From positions 1 to 41,439 of the forward strand of contig JAOZFI010000023.1 of NCBI GenBank assembly GCA_027491395.1: a DNA stretch of 41,439 nucleotides, read 5' to 3'. The translations under genes and the position numbers were made by a program. Positions 18,147 through 28,155 of this stretch are shown here, in pieces; the stretch's first letter is position 1, and the number at the start of each line of letters is the position of its first letter. The DNA comes from Thermoproteota archaeon. GTDB taxonomy: Archaea; Korarchaeota; Korarchaeia; Korarchaeales; Korarchaeaceae. The notes under the pieces were generated by a model. The model was given only the letters and a program-made list of their open reading frames with translations, did not search any database and was not told the DNA's origin.

Positions 18147-18926
18147 ATGTGGGGCAAGGAAGTGAGGTTATATAGGATAATGAGGGATGGCAAGATCCTC
18201 TGTGTTCCAATGGATCATGGTTTGACCGATGGACCCATAAGAGGCATAGAGAATGTGGAGAAGGCTGTGGAGAGGGTTTCCTCTGGTGGGGCCACGTGCG
18301 TCGTCCTCCATAAGGGGATGATAAAGGCCCTGAGGAGGGCCCACCTACCAGTGCTGATGCACCTCTCAGCCAGCACATCCCTCGGTCCCGAGCCCAACAG
18401 GAAGGTCAGAGTGGGGGATGTCGTAGAAGCGGTCAGGCTCGGTGCTGACGGTGTTAGCGTTCACGTGAACGTTGGAGGGGAGCCTAGTGAACCGGACATG
18501 CTCATCAAGCTGGGGGAAGTGGCGTCAGAGGCGGACGAGCTAGGCATGCCCCTGCTCGCGATGATGTATGCTAGGGGCCCCAATGTCAAAAATAAGTACG
18601 ATCCGAATCACATCGCCCATGTGGCTAGGGTTGGGGCCGAGTTAGGCGCCGACATCGTAAAGGTTCCCTACACCGGAGATCCTGACACATTCAAGATCGT
18701 CACGGAGGGGGTTAACGTTCCGGTCATAATAGCTGGCGGGCCTAAGATGAAGGACGACTTGGATGTGCTGAAAATGGTAGCCGGCGCCATGGAGGCGGGA
18801 GCCGCTGGCGTAGCCTTCGGGAGGAACGTGTTCCAGCACGAGAATCCGGAGAAGATGGTGAGGGCCATAGCATCAATAATCTTCGAGGGATACGATCCCG
18901 AGGAGGCAGCGGTGCACCTGAAATGA
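18147..18926 (+). CDS. aroA': 2-amino-3,7-dideoxy-D-threo-hept-6-ulosonate synthase (DhnA-type class I aldolase)
   Basis: Motifs VPMDHG, HLSASTSLGP, AMMYARG, AELGADIVK (Schiff-base Lys), AGGPK and GRNVFQ; adjacent to aroD. Confidence 0.8.
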   Translation: MWGKEVRLYRIMRDGKILCVPMDHGLTDGPIRGIENVEKAVERVSSGGATCVVLHKGMIKALRRAHLPVLMHLSASTSLGPEPNRKVRVGDVVEAVRLGADGVSVHVNVGGEPSEPDMLIKLGEVASEADELGMPLLAMMYARGPNVKNKYDPNHIAHVARVGAELGADIVKVPYTGDPDTFKIVTEGVNVPVIIAGGPKMKDDLDVLKMVAGAMEAGAAGVAFGRNVFQHENPEKMVRAIASIIFEGYDPEEAAVHLK

Positions 18927-19561
18927 TGATCGTCACCTCCGTCGGTGGAAGCCCGGAGGAGGCTAGGAAGGAAGCTAAGCAGGCCCTGTTGATGGGAAGC
19001 GATATCGTAGAACTCAGGATGGACCTAATCTGGGATTCCCCTCCAGATCTCGAGAGAGCTAGGGATCTGATAGGGGGGATGGAGGGGAGAACTCTGCTCA
19101 CGTGGAGGACTGAGAAGCATGGGGGAAGGGGATCTGAGCCCTCCCCCCAGTACCTAGAGTCCCTAGCGAGGATCTCGAGGTTAGTGGATGTGGAGTTCGA
19201 GCTCGCTATGAGAGGCCTTAGGATAGCTAACGCCCTCTACTCCTGGCACGACCCTAGTGGTACGCCGGACATGGATGTCCTGTTGCGGGTATCCAATCAG
19301 CTTCTCGGTGCTGGCGGGCTGGCCAAAGTGGTTACATTAGCGAGGGACGAGCTCGAGGCGTACCGCGTCCTGAACCTCTACAAGAGGGTGGATCACCGGG
19401 GAAGGCTGGTTGCCTTCTCCATGGGTGAGAGGGCCTCGTTCAGTAGGAGAATGGCTGCTCTCCTAGGATCACCTCTTATTTACTCCTTCTTGGGGGAAGC
19501 AGTTGCACCCGGTCAGCTTACCTTGAGAGAGGCTCTCCTTATCAAGAAATTACTTTCTTGA
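18923..19561 (+). CDS. aroD: Type I 3-dehydroquinate dehydratase
   Basis: Motifs DIVELRMD, LTWRTEKHGG, VDVE, SWHD, LAKVV, AFSMGE..SR and APGQ. Confidence 0.85.
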   Translation: MMIVTSVGGSPEEARKEAKQALLMGSDIVELRMDLIWDSPPDLERARDLIGGMEGRTLLTWRTEKHGGRGSEPSPQYLESLARISRLVDVEFELAMRGLRIANALYSWHDPSGTPDMDVLLRVSNQLLGAGGLAKVVTLARDELEAYRVLNLYKRVDHRGRLVAFSMGERASFSRRMAALLGSPLIYSFLGEAVAPGQLTLREALLIKKLLS

Positions 19562-20147
19562 GGAGGCCAGGCCTGTCCCTCAACTTATCCACGATCTTGG
19601 AGGGATTCACCTTTCGTAGCTCCTTCAGCGCCATTACCAAGTATTTATCGACGACATCCGATTTACTGAGCACCTTTCCCAAGGACAGCTCTATGTCTTC
19701 CGGCACATACCTGGCGTACCACGCCCAGCTCAATAGGAAGAGATCTCGCCGCTCTAGGGAATCTAAGTAGGATGTGCTCCACAGCCCCAGCACGGGATAA
19801 ACCCATCTCGCTAGAATCATCCTGCCCCCGCAGTCAAGTCCTTTCAGCGATGAGAACACTTCCTCCGGGCAGATCATGGCCAACCTACTCAATACAACAG
19901 CTAGAACCGTTCTAACCTCGTCGTCCAATTCACACCAACATCCCTTCATCGGACTGATGTCCTCTGCGCGGGCTCTCCTACCCATAGCGTCCCCAAGCGA
20001 TATTAGCACGTATCTTGGGACGACCCCTCTCGTGGGAGTCTTACAATCCTCTGTCAACGCATTGAGTAGGTTCCTGAAAGAATCGCATCCCATCCTAATG
20101 GATTTGAGGAGCTCTTCGGCGACCTGCTCCGGATCAGGACAGGGCAT
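19542..20147 (-). CDS. Hypothetical helical protein; weak resemblance to AlkD-like HEAT repeats
   Basis: Last gene of an overlapping four-gene operon; C-terminal VVDKYLVMALKELRKVNPSKIV. Confidence 0.5.
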   Translation of the reverse strand: MPCPDPEQVAEELLKSIRMGCDSFRNLLNALTEDCKTPTRGVVPRYVLISLGDAMGRRARAEDISPMKGCWCELDDEVRTVLAVVLSRLAMICPEEVFSSLKGLDCGGRMILARWVYPVLGLWSTSYLDSLERRDLFLLSWAWYARYVPEDIELSLGKVLSKSDVVDKYLVMALKELRKVNPSKIVDKLRDRPGLLKKVIS

Positions 20148-20859
20148 CCCTGATCATCCCCACTAACTTCCTCACATTCAATCCGCTCAGGGGTGGATGG
20201 AAGTTAGAGAGCATTATATCTCCTACATCCAATTTGAGGAGTTCCTTTGCTGCCCTAACGATTAATTCCTCGCTGCCTAGCTCGAAAGCTATACCCGTGG
20301 CGATCGTGCTACCTATTTTCGATCTGATCCTAGCTGCTGCTCTTAACCAGCTCATATAGTCCGTGAGGTCGCCCCTAGGATGTATGTCGAGCGGATGTAT
20401 GAGGTCCCATATTCTCCCAATCTCTCTGAAGTAGGGTCCGTAGTCTCCGTCAGCGTGCAAGAAGGCTGCAGCGCCAGCGGACCTTATCTCCTCAGCCAGG
20501 AACTCGTGAGAGCCCAAGTAAACTTCCTCAATGTACCACCTAGGCAGGAGAGGCCCCTCATAGGAGGCGCAGTCATCTGCCACCAGCACGAAATCTGGAA
20601 CGGGATTTAAGGATCTGATGAAGCTTAAGATGCTATCTAGGGCCTCTTCGTGGATTCTCTTGAGTGTATCCCTCTCCCACACCGATAGCCTAGCTAGAGT
20701 CCTCAGTCCCATCTTCCTCAGGAGGAGTTCTGTGGGACCGGTTACGGAGACGCCCCACCTCTTTTCGGTGAGGGGGCCCTTGGATAGAACGTAATCCCCC
20801 AGCTTTCCAAGACTTTCATCCACTCCCACTAGGAAGATCTCGGGGGGATCACCCGCCAT
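20134..20859 (-). CDS. Short uroporphyrinogen decarboxylase / corrinoid methyltransferase (URO-D) family protein
   Basis: DFVLVADDCASYEGPLLP and FLHADGD...DLIHPLD motifs; 241 aa. Confidence 0.6.
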   Translation of the reverse strand: MAGDPPEIFLVGVDESLGKLGDYVLSKGPLTEKRWGVSVTGPTELLLRKMGLRTLARLSVWERDTLKRIHEEALDSILSFIRSLNPVPDFVLVADDCASYEGPLLPRWYIEEVYLGSHEFLAEEIRSAGAAAFLHADGDYGPYFREIGRIWDLIHPLDIHPRGDLTDYMSWLRAAARIRSKIGSTIATGIAFELGSEELIVRAAKELLKLDVGDIMLSNFHPPLSGLNVRKLVGMIRDALS

Positions 20860-21739
20860 ACCTCATCAGCTGCCTCCTCAGGTTCTTGGCCTCCCTCATC
20901 AGGATCTCTATCTGCCAAGGATCGAAGACCGGTTGCTCTAGGAGGAACATTATGTCCTCCAAGATCGATCTGAGGTAATTCAAATCTGGTTGGATCCTCT
21001 CCCTCAGACCTGAAACATCTATGCCCGGGGGGTAATCCCTGAGCAGCCTGCAGAAGGTGATTTCATCCATCACCGATCCCAGCTCGACCACCTTTCCATG
21101 CCTAAGCAGACCTATATCCATGCCATATGCGACAAGAGCTCCTCTGCTGTCCCTGCTCCCGAGCAAAGCGGGAGCGAGGAATATCGAATCCACGCCAAGG
21201 GAGTTGGCCTCGTCCCCCAAGATGTTCACATCATCCCTACTCAGGGGCCCCAGAAAAAGGATGACCCTCAACCTTCCTCCTTTCTCCCTGATACTGGATT
21301 CTAAGTCCTCCACTCTCTCCTTGCTGATAGGAGTGGCCACTATTGCGACGACGTCGGAGAGGTCCCTGAGATCGTCTAAAAGTGGTATATCCAGTCCCAT
21401 CTTTCTTACCAGGTTCTCAGCAGCCACTATCCTGCCGAACCTCTGGAGGGTGAATCTGCTCACTATCCTTTTGAGGAGGGAAGAGTTCTCCGAAAGGAGG
21501 ATCTCGAGCGATTCTCCCGCTATGTGCGGATGGGATACGTACCTCAGGATGTGAGGAGTCTCCAATAGGTACACGTTGAAGTCAGGAATCATCACTTTCA
21601 TGAGCCTAGTGAGTCGCCCATCCAGCCCCTCAACCTTCACCTGATGGGTTAGATCCGTTCTTATGCCATACTCATCCCTGAGCACGTTCAAGTCCAGTAT
21701 AGCGCCCCCTATATCTATCTTGGGTTCTCTATCCTCCAA
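20849..21739 (-). CDS. Hypothetical protein, possibly a degenerate phosphoribosyltransferase fold
   Basis: 296-aa ORF overlapping uppS and the next gene; alpha/beta pattern with no canonical PRPP-loop acidic pair. Confidence 0.5.
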   Translation of the reverse strand: MEDREPKIDIGGAILDLNVLRDEYGIRTDLTHQVKVEGLDGRLTRLMKVMIPDFNVYLLETPHILRYVSHPHIAGESLEILLSENSSLLKRIVSRFTLQRFGRIVAAENLVRKMGLDIPLLDDLRDLSDVVAIVATPISKERVEDLESSIREKGGRLRVILFLGPLSRDDVNILGDEANSLGVDSIFLAPALLGSRDSRGALVAYGMDIGLLRHGKVVELGSVMDEITFCRLLRDYPPGIDVSGLRERIQPDLNYLRSILEDIMFLLEQPVFDPWQIEILMREAKNLRRQLMRYGG

Positions 21740-22529
21740 ATCTCCTCTTCCTCCTTTGATAGTCTCTTATTGCCCTTAAGATATCTATCTTCCTCAACTC
21801 CGGTAGATAGACCTCGCAGAAGTACAGCTCTGAATAGGCGGATTGCCACAATAGGAAGTTGCTCAGCCTCTCCTCTCCTGATGTCCTGATTATGAGGTCC
21901 GGGTCGGGAAGATCCGGGGCATAGAGGTGGGACCTTATGACATTCTCATCTATTTCCTCCGGTGCAAGCTTACCCTCCGCCACTTCTCTGGCTATCTTCC
22001 TGACGGCATCCACTATCTCCGCTCTACCACCGTAGGCCACCGCTAGATTCAGGGTCTTACTTCCGAAGTCATTGGTCATGGTCTCCAGCTCCTCAGCGAG
22101 TTCCCTGATGCGGTTGGGGAGAAGCTCCCTCTTTCCCACTATCCTGAATCTTACCCCATTCCTCCTCAATTTCTCTTTTCTCTCCATGAGATCCCTCAGC
22201 TTCTCCTCTATCACTTTGAAAACAGCCTCCACTTGTTCTTTGGGTCTAGAGAAGTTCTCGGTTGAGAAGGCGTAGAGTGTGACGTGGTCAACTCCCAGCT
22301 CAAGTAACCAGTCGAGTAATTCCTCAGTTCTGCTAGCCCCCATCCTGTAGGCGCTAAGGTAATCGAGTCCGAGTTTCTGAGCGAACCTCCTATTTCCATC
22401 AAGTATGAGGGCTACATGCTTGGGAATTTCCCCTTCCCTCACTTTCAACTCCAAGTATCTCTTGTAGAGGGGCATCTCCAGCAGGCTAGCCAATCTGTAG
22501 AGTAGGTCCAGTAGCCCCAATCGAGGCAC
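21729..22529 (-). CDS. uppS: Polyprenyl (undecaprenyl) diphosphate synthase, cis-prenyltransferase
   Basis: Motifs IPKHVALILDGNRR, YAFSTENFSRP, AYGGRAEI and PDLIIRTSGEERLSNFLLWQSAYSE; ends RRFGG. Confidence 0.95.
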   Translation of the reverse strand: MPRLGLLDLLYRLASLLEMPLYKRYLELKVREGEIPKHVALILDGNRRFAQKLGLDYLSAYRMGASRTEELLDWLLELGVDHVTLYAFSTENFSRPKEQVEAVFKVIEEKLRDLMERKEKLRRNGVRFRIVGKRELLPNRIRELAEELETMTNDFGSKTLNLAVAYGGRAEIVDAVRKIAREVAEGKLAPEEIDENVIRSHLYAPDLPDPDLIIRTSGEERLSNFLLWQSAYSELYFCEVYLPELRKIDILRAIRDYQRRKRRFGG

Positions 22530-22577
22530 CTTTCTCAGCTCTTTATTACTCTCTGGAATTTAAACTATTGATGGCTC

Positions 22578-23102
22578 ATGAATTGCGATGCGGCGGTGGG
22601 GATACTCCTCGAGGACTGCAGGGTCCTGATGATTAGGAGGAAACCCGATCCTAGGGATCCGTTCTCATGGAATGTCAGCTTTCCGGGAGGGAGTGTAGAG
22701 CCAGGGGATGAGAGCTGCTTGGATACAGCCATTAGGGAGGTGAGGGAGGAAGTCAATCTCTCACTGGATCCCAATTCCCTGACGGCGAGGATGCCCGTTA
22801 TATCTCCTTTGAGCAGGAAGATGCGAGTCCTACCCTTCGTCTTCAGGGTGAGTCAGGTTAGTCCGAAGGTGGGGGAGGAAGTTGAGGGCTTCTTCTGGAT
22901 GGATCTAAGGGATATGAGAGAAGGTTTTGCGTTCATTCCAAGGAGGAATATTCTAGTCAGAGCTATCTCCTGCTGCGGTTACGTTGTCTGGGGTATGTCC
23001 TACAGACTTCTCAAACTCTTGGCAGCTGTGGTGAGGTGCGATGATCGTATTCAACAGTCACGAGGAGCTGATCAATTTAGACAAATTAATTACTTATCAT
23101 AA
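22578..23102 (+). CDS. NUDIX hydrolase (CoA pyrophosphatase-like)
   Basis: Nudix box FPGGSVEPGDESCLDTAIREVREEVNL; VWGMS. Confidence 0.85.
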   Translation: MNCDAAVGILLEDCRVLMIRRKPDPRDPFSWNVSFPGGSVEPGDESCLDTAIREVREEVNLSLDPNSLTARMPVISPLSRKMRVLPFVFRVSQVSPKVGEEVEGFFWMDLRDMREGFAFIPRRNILVRAISCCGYVVWGMSYRLLKLLAAVVRCDDRIQQSRGADQFRQINYLS

Positions 23103-23122
23103 CTCTATTCCCGGGGAGCCTG

Positions 23123-23533
23123 TTGCTGGATGAGATGGACCGTAAGATACTGGAGATGCTAATTAAGGATGCGAGGACTCCCTATACTGAAATTGCGAAG
23201 AAATTGAACGTTAGCGAGGCGACCATCAGGAAGAGAGTCAGCAAGCTGGTTAAGAGCGGTGTTATTAAGAGGTTCACAGTCGAGATTGGCGAATCTGGAA
23301 TGAAGGCAATAGTTCTCGTGAAGGTGAGGCCTGGACACAACATTCCTGAGATCGCTAAGACCATCTCCGATCTGGGAGATGTCGTCAAGGCATGTGAAGT
23401 GACTGGGGAGTATGATATAGTTGTGGAGATAGCCAGTCCCGACACTATAAGCCTCAATCAGACGATCGAGAGGATCAGGAGCATGAAGGGGGTCAGCGGG
23501 ACTCTTAGTATGGTAGTGCTCGCAGTTTGGTGA
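23123..23533 (+). CDS. Lrp/AsnC family transcriptional regulator
   Basis: LDEMDRKILEML..DARTPYTEIAKKLNVSEATIRKRV and EVTGEYD. Confidence 0.92.
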   Translation: MLDEMDRKILEMLIKDARTPYTEIAKKLNVSEATIRKRVSKLVKSGVIKRFTVEIGESGMKAIVLVKVRPGHNIPEIAKTISDLGDVVKACEVTGEYDIVVEIASPDTISLNQTIERIRSMKGVSGTLSMVVLAVW

Positions 23534-23591
23534 TACTTTTCCCTTTCAATTGACCTTGTTATCCTCCTTTACGAGATAGCCCCCTTCCAGT

Positions 23592-26156
23592 GTGATGAAG
23601 CTCCAGTATAATTTGGTTCCATTCCTCTTGATGTTGATAGTGCTCCTCCCCACTTCGATCCAGAGAAGGGCTCTCGCGTTGGACGATTGCAGTATAGAGA
23701 TAACTAGAACCTCCCCGAGCAGACTCCCCCAAGCGACCAAGCCGGGCGAGATCATCGTAAAATTCTGGTTTGATTTGACGACAAGCGATCCTCAGAACAC
23801 TCAACTGAGTGTGGAGGCCTCCGGAAGCAACATAGATGTTCTTTCTAAGACGATTTCCATGAGTACGAGGAGCGGAAGCGTCAGGATTTACGTGCACACG
23901 AAAGCCGGGGAGCGGGCTAGCCTTATCATAAAGGTGACCTGCAGGGTTAATGGAGTCACCGACACTGACAGCAAGGATATGGGGAACTCTTACATCGTAT
24001 ACATACCCCCCTCATGGTCTCCATCCATAACTCCTAGGGAGATCAGCAAGAGGGATGAGATCGCCCTAAAGGTTGACCGGCTGAACGATGTGGACGATGG
24101 TGTGGGCGAGTTATTCGTCACAGCCAAGCTGGGATCGTCTACCTACAGGCTCAGGAGGGTATCTAGGGGACTCTACAGGTCGGAAGTGGGTGTTAACTTT
24201 GTGGACTCGCCCTCCGGTACTAGGGAGATCACCTTCACCGTCACCAAATCCTATAGTGGGGTCACTGCCGTGTCTAGGAAGGACTCCACAGTGAGAGTGC
24301 TAGGTGAGCCACCCTCCGTAAACTTCACCCCACCAACACAAGTCTACAGGGGAGATGTGCTCAGGGTGGTTGTTTCCGAGAATGATGGAGACTCTCTGAC
24401 GGGCGCTCTAACCGCATTCGGGAGAGAGTATACGCTGGAAAGGGGAGAGAACCTGATAGAGGTTCCCAGGGACATCGAAGCCGGTCAGCATCAGATGGAG
24501 GCTACCGTGGAGGACGTGGACGGGAGCAGCTCCGGTAGTTGGACCTTAGAGATCTTGAATGTGCCTCCTCAGGTTGAGATATCGCTGGATAGGGATATGG
24601 CGATTCCCGGGGATACTGTAAACGTTCAAGTCTCGGTGGAGGATGATTCTCCAGGCACGAATGTTCGATTGATAGTGACGGGAGAGGGGCTCAGGAACGA
24701 GTTCGAGATGGGTGAGAATGGAGGTTCCCTAGAGTTTAGGATCCCTGAAGGATTCTCTGGAGAGCTCACATTCACCGCCAACGCGGTCGATAGGGACGGT
24801 GAATCTTCAACCTCAACTGAAAGTATCACTGTGGGAGTACCTCCCTCGATATCGGGGGAAATTCCCAGTACGGTTCACAGGGGTGAGGAGTATACCGTGG
24901 ATGTTCAGGGGGATGATGTCGGTGGTTATCTGGATTTCATGGGGGAGAGGATCTCGATAAACGGAGCAGGGGTTTACAGGTTAGTTATTCCAAGAGATGT
25001 GAGGGCTGGCGATTATGTGGTATCTGCATACGTGACTAGTCCATTTGGGGGGGTCTCCGAGAGATGGAATGTGTTGCTGGAGAACAGGCCCCCCACAGTG
25101 GATATCGACGTAAATCCAAGCGAGGCGTCTCCCGGGGAGACTGTAGTCGTTAGCGCGAGCTACTCGGATGATGCTCCGGGACTCAGAACGACCCTTTACA
25201 TCGATGGGAGAGCCATTCAATTGCCTGGGTCAAGTTCGGCTGAGGATGTTGAGTTCACAGTACCTGAGGGGAAGGATTCTATCGAGATCTCCATCGAGGC
25301 AGTAGATATGGATGGGGCGGTGGCTAGGGACTCTGCGGTTTTGGTGGTCAGTAATGTGGGTCAAGATGGAGGCAGTGGGTCTGATGAGGACGGTAACGGA
25401 ACAGGTGATGGGTCAAGCGACTCCATGAATACTACTACGGGGAGCAGCGATACGGGGGGATCCGGACATGATGGAGAGGGAGTTAACGATATCCAAGAGG
25501 TAGATGATGTCAGGGACCAGTCTGGAGATTTCATCAGTAATGTCGAATCTAGGACCGAGAAATCTCAGGAATCAACCGAAGAACTGCCTGAAGCATCTCA
25601 ACTTCACTCTAACGTGGGAAACTCGGGATCCGAAAATGGTACGTCAAATATCACGGGCCATAAGGGGACCTTCTCCGTTACTGTAGTGCCGAGCAATCCG
25701 GAGGTGGGAGATGACGTGAGCGTTACCGCGACACCTCACGGAGTTAGGGGGAGTGTATGGATTGTGGATCCCAGTGGCACCACTGTGAAGGAGGTTCCAG
25801 TCAGAAATAGAACGACCTTTCACTTCACCGTTCGTAAGGAAGGCATCTGGCATGTGAGATGGGCTTACTTGGCTGGAGGTGAGACCCTATTCGGCCATAT
25901 GGAGTTAAATGTCACGGCTCCTAGGGAAGGCAACATACTTCATCGAACAAACATGTATCGCGAACTTCCGTCCAGCGAAAATGTATCTAGATTAACCGAT
26001 CATGTTAGAAACAATAGGGGAGAGATAAACCCATTCAGACCTTCATGCCGTGTTCTGAGGAGAGATCGCTCGAGATCTTGGGATATAGAGATTGTGATCG
26101 CGATAATGGCAGTCTCCCTAGCTGGGATGCTGGTAATCAGGAGGAGGATATCTTGA
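23592..26156 (+). CDS. Large cell-surface protein with Ig-like/PKD-like repeats and a C-terminal membrane anchor
   Basis: Signal peptide; beta-rich repeats with NxPP and DxDG motifs; acidic Gly/Ser linker; C-terminal TM followed by RRR. Confidence 0.8.
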   Translation: MMKLQYNLVPFLLMLIVLLPTSIQRRALALDDCSIEITRTSPSRLPQATKPGEIIVKFWFDLTTSDPQNTQLSVEASGSNIDVLSKTISMSTRSGSVRIYVHTKAGERASLIIKVTCRVNGVTDTDSKDMGNSYIVYIPPSWSPSITPREISKRDEIALKVDRLNDVDDGVGELFVTAKLGSSTYRLRRVSRGLYRSEVGVNFVDSPSGTREITFTVTKSYSGVTAVSRKDSTVRVLGEPPSVNFTPPTQVYRGDVLRVVVSENDGDSLTGALTAFGREYTLERGENLIEVPRDIEAGQHQMEATVEDVDGSSSGSWTLEILNVPPQVEISLDRDMAIPGDTVNVQVSVEDDSPGTNVRLIVTGEGLRNEFEMGENGGSLEFRIPEGFSGELTFTANAVDRDGESSTSTESITVGVPPSISGEIPSTVHRGEEYTVDVQGDDVGGYLDFMGERISINGAGVYRLVIPRDVRAGDYVVSAYVTSPFGGVSERWNVLLENRPPTVDIDVNPSEASPGETVVVSASYSDDAPGLRTTLYIDGRAIQLPGSSSAEDVEFTVPEGKDSIEISIEAVDMDGAVARDSAVLVVSNVGQDGGSGSDEDGNGTGDGSSDSMNTTTGSSDTGGSGHDGEGVNDIQEVDDVRDQSGDFISNVESRTEKSQESTEELPEASQLHSNVGNSGSENGTSNITGHKGTFSVTVVPSNPEVGDDVSVTATPHGVRGSVWIVDPSGTTVKEVPVRNRTTFHFTVRKEGIWHVRWAYLAGGETLFGHMELNVTAPREGNILHRTNMYRELPSSENVSRLTDHVRNNRGEINPFRPSCRVLRRDRSRSWDIEIVIAIMAVSLAGMLVIRRRIS

Positions 26157-26839
26157 GATTCGCCGCAGTCCTTCCCCTCTTCTTATTGATTTCGGGGGCA
26201 GTTCTCCTAGTTTACAGTCTGATCCCCAGGGAGAACCTAGCGGGTGACTTGGTATTAGAGAATGGGACGTACGAGATGGTCAGGTGTCAGGGCACGATGA
26301 TCCTCCAAGTCAACGGGAGCTTATGCGTGGATGTCAGAGATATGGAGCTTAGAGAGATTGCAAGAGGGAGTTCCGTTAACGAGCTGGTTTCGTTTCCACT
26401 GCTGAAAGTGAGAGGGAGTAGGCTTGAGCTGACAGTGAGTAATTATGACGCTGTGTGGAGGAGGAGTTACGACTTCTCTGACGGTGGATCCCTAATACCG
26501 ATGGAAAGAGGTGAATGGAACCTTTCAGCCTCCTCTGATGGTCAAATTACGCTGTACGGGATAGAAAGATACAATCCAGCTAGAGGAGACCTAGTCAGGA
26601 GCGATGATTCGGTAAAGGTCGCGTGTGGCAGCATCATCAATGAAACATACCTAATCCTCTATAACCCCTCTCAGGAGTCCATAAGGGTCCGTGTGCTCAC
26701 AGGTCACGACATCGACGTTTATTCCCTCTCCATATCGATCGGACTCGTTCTAGCGGCTCTCCTAGTGAGGAGGTATTCTCATGCTATTGGGAGTGGGGGA
26801 GGAGCGCTCACTGGAGCTGGCCTCTATCCTAATAGCTAG
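26153..26839 (+). CDS. Membrane protein with an extracellular beta domain between N- and C-terminal TM helices
   Basis: TTG at 26153 overlaps the upstream TGA and follows GGAGGA; MRFAAVLPLFLLISGAVLLVYSLI...VYSLSISIGLVLAALLVRR. Confidence 0.65.
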   Translation: MRFAAVLPLFLLISGAVLLVYSLIPRENLAGDLVLENGTYEMVRCQGTMILQVNGSLCVDVRDMELREIARGSSVNELVSFPLLKVRGSRLELTVSNYDAVWRRSYDFSDGGSLIPMERGEWNLSASSDGQITLYGIERYNPARGDLVRSDDSVKVACGSIINETYLILYNPSQESIRVRVLTGHDIDVYSLSISIGLVLAALLVRRYSHAIGSGGGALTGAGLYPNS

Positions 26840-28154
26840 GTGCGGCAAGCACGCTCTAAAAGCATCTCTCGGCATGAAACTGAGTTTCTCCCAAAAGATG
26901 CTCAGGAGGAAATGCAGACCCATTGAAGTCTTAGGACAGCCCATATCTTGGGATATATCCTTCCTTGGAGGATCGCTCGAGATTAGGGGCAGGAAGGCCG
27001 TGGCTCATCCGCTAACATCACGTACCGGTAGACAGGTGGCTTCCATAATTCTCTCTATGATGGTGAGGGGAATATACTCCCATGACTACAGATCCCAAGG
27101 AGATCTGATATGGAAGTCCCTCCAGCTCAGAGTGGACAGGGCTAATGAGATCTTAAAGGAGTTGAATTTGGAGGACGAGGAATTAGCATTGGAGTCTTCC
27201 GTTAGATCCACGAAGCTTTGGCCATTTCTGGCCATAGCCATGACGCCTGATGTCACTGAGGCATACGCTCACTTCAATGGTCCTCTGTACTTGGACCACG
27301 TAGAACTGGGAAGGATAGTAGTGGGGAACTACTTGATGGACCAAGAGGAGGTTAGCAGAATGATGACATTTGTAGAGGCTGATGTGAACGCCGGTGTGGA
27401 TTTCAGCTCTCCTCTCAACGAAGTCGATCTCACATTGGGCGAGTATCACTTCAGGATGGCCTTGGACTTCCCTCCAGCATCGATGGGGGCTGTGGATGTG
27501 AGGAATCTGAGCGCCATGTCGCGGCTGAGCTTACCCCGTCTCATTTCTCTGGGATCCCTGACCGGGTACGAGGCGGCCCTCATGCTGGACTCGCTTGACA
27601 ATGGCGATCCGGTATTGATCTTCGGCAGGACGGGGGTCGGTAAGACTACACTATCTAACGCCTTGCTTGCGAGCCTTCCTAGGCACTGGAGGATAGTGAG
27701 CGTCGAAGAGGTGAGGGAGATAGAGGACCTTACGAGGTATGGGATGCATCACACTCCATATGAGATAACATCAAGTAAGCTGGATTTCATCAAGTTCCTC
27801 CTCCACAGGAATCCGGATCTGGTGTTTCTGGGAGAAATTTTGGGAAGAGAGCATGCTGAGGCCCTAGATCTCACCTCTTTCAGTGGATTGAAGGTGATGG
27901 CGACCACCCACGCTAAGGATTATCGGGGTCTCATCCAGAAATGGTCCTCTTGGGGAGTGAGCCTTCCTGAAGGGACCTTGGCGGTGAAGATGGAAGAGAA
28001 GAGGGTCGTTGAGATGAGACGATGGGTAGATGGGGGGTGGGATGATCCCGGGGGTCCATCGACTGATTGGTTAATGCATGTGAAGAGGTTGGAGGGCGCC
28101 GAGACCAATGAAGAGGTCTATAGGAGGATTAAGGGATTACTTGAGGAGAGCTGA
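26781..28154 (+). CDS. Type II/IV secretion (VirB11/TadA/T4P-type) ATPase, divergent
   Basis: Walker A GRTGVGKTT, Asp box VSVEEVREI, LHRNPDLVFLGEI (Walker B) and His box ATTHA. Confidence 0.85.
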   Translation: MLLGVGEERSLELASILIARCGKHALKASLGMKLSFSQKMLRRKCRPIEVLGQPISWDISFLGGSLEIRGRKAVAHPLTSRTGRQVASIILSMMVRGIYSHDYRSQGDLIWKSLQLRVDRANEILKELNLEDEELALESSVRSTKLWPFLAIAMTPDVTEAYAHFNGPLYLDHVELGRIVVGNYLMDQEEVSRMMTFVEADVNAGVDFSSPLNEVDLTLGEYHFRMALDFPPASMGAVDVRNLSAMSRLSLPRLISLGSLTGYEAALMLDSLDNGDPVLIFGRTGVGKTTLSNALLASLPRHWRIVSVEEVREIEDLTRYGMHHTPYEITSSKLDFIKFLLHRNPDLVFLGEILGREHAEALDLTSFSGLKVMATTHAKDYRGLIQKWSSWGVSLPEGTLAVKMEEKRVVEMRRWVDGGWDDPGGPSTDWLMHVKRLEGAETNEEVYRRIKGLLEES

Positions 28155-28155
28155 C

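Noticed and set aside
26045-26152. N-terminal extension of the 26045 ORF (likewise the track starts at 2444, 8268, 15104, 28108 and 31873)
   Set aside because: Downstream starts fit the RBS, gene-overlap and signal-peptide patterns better.
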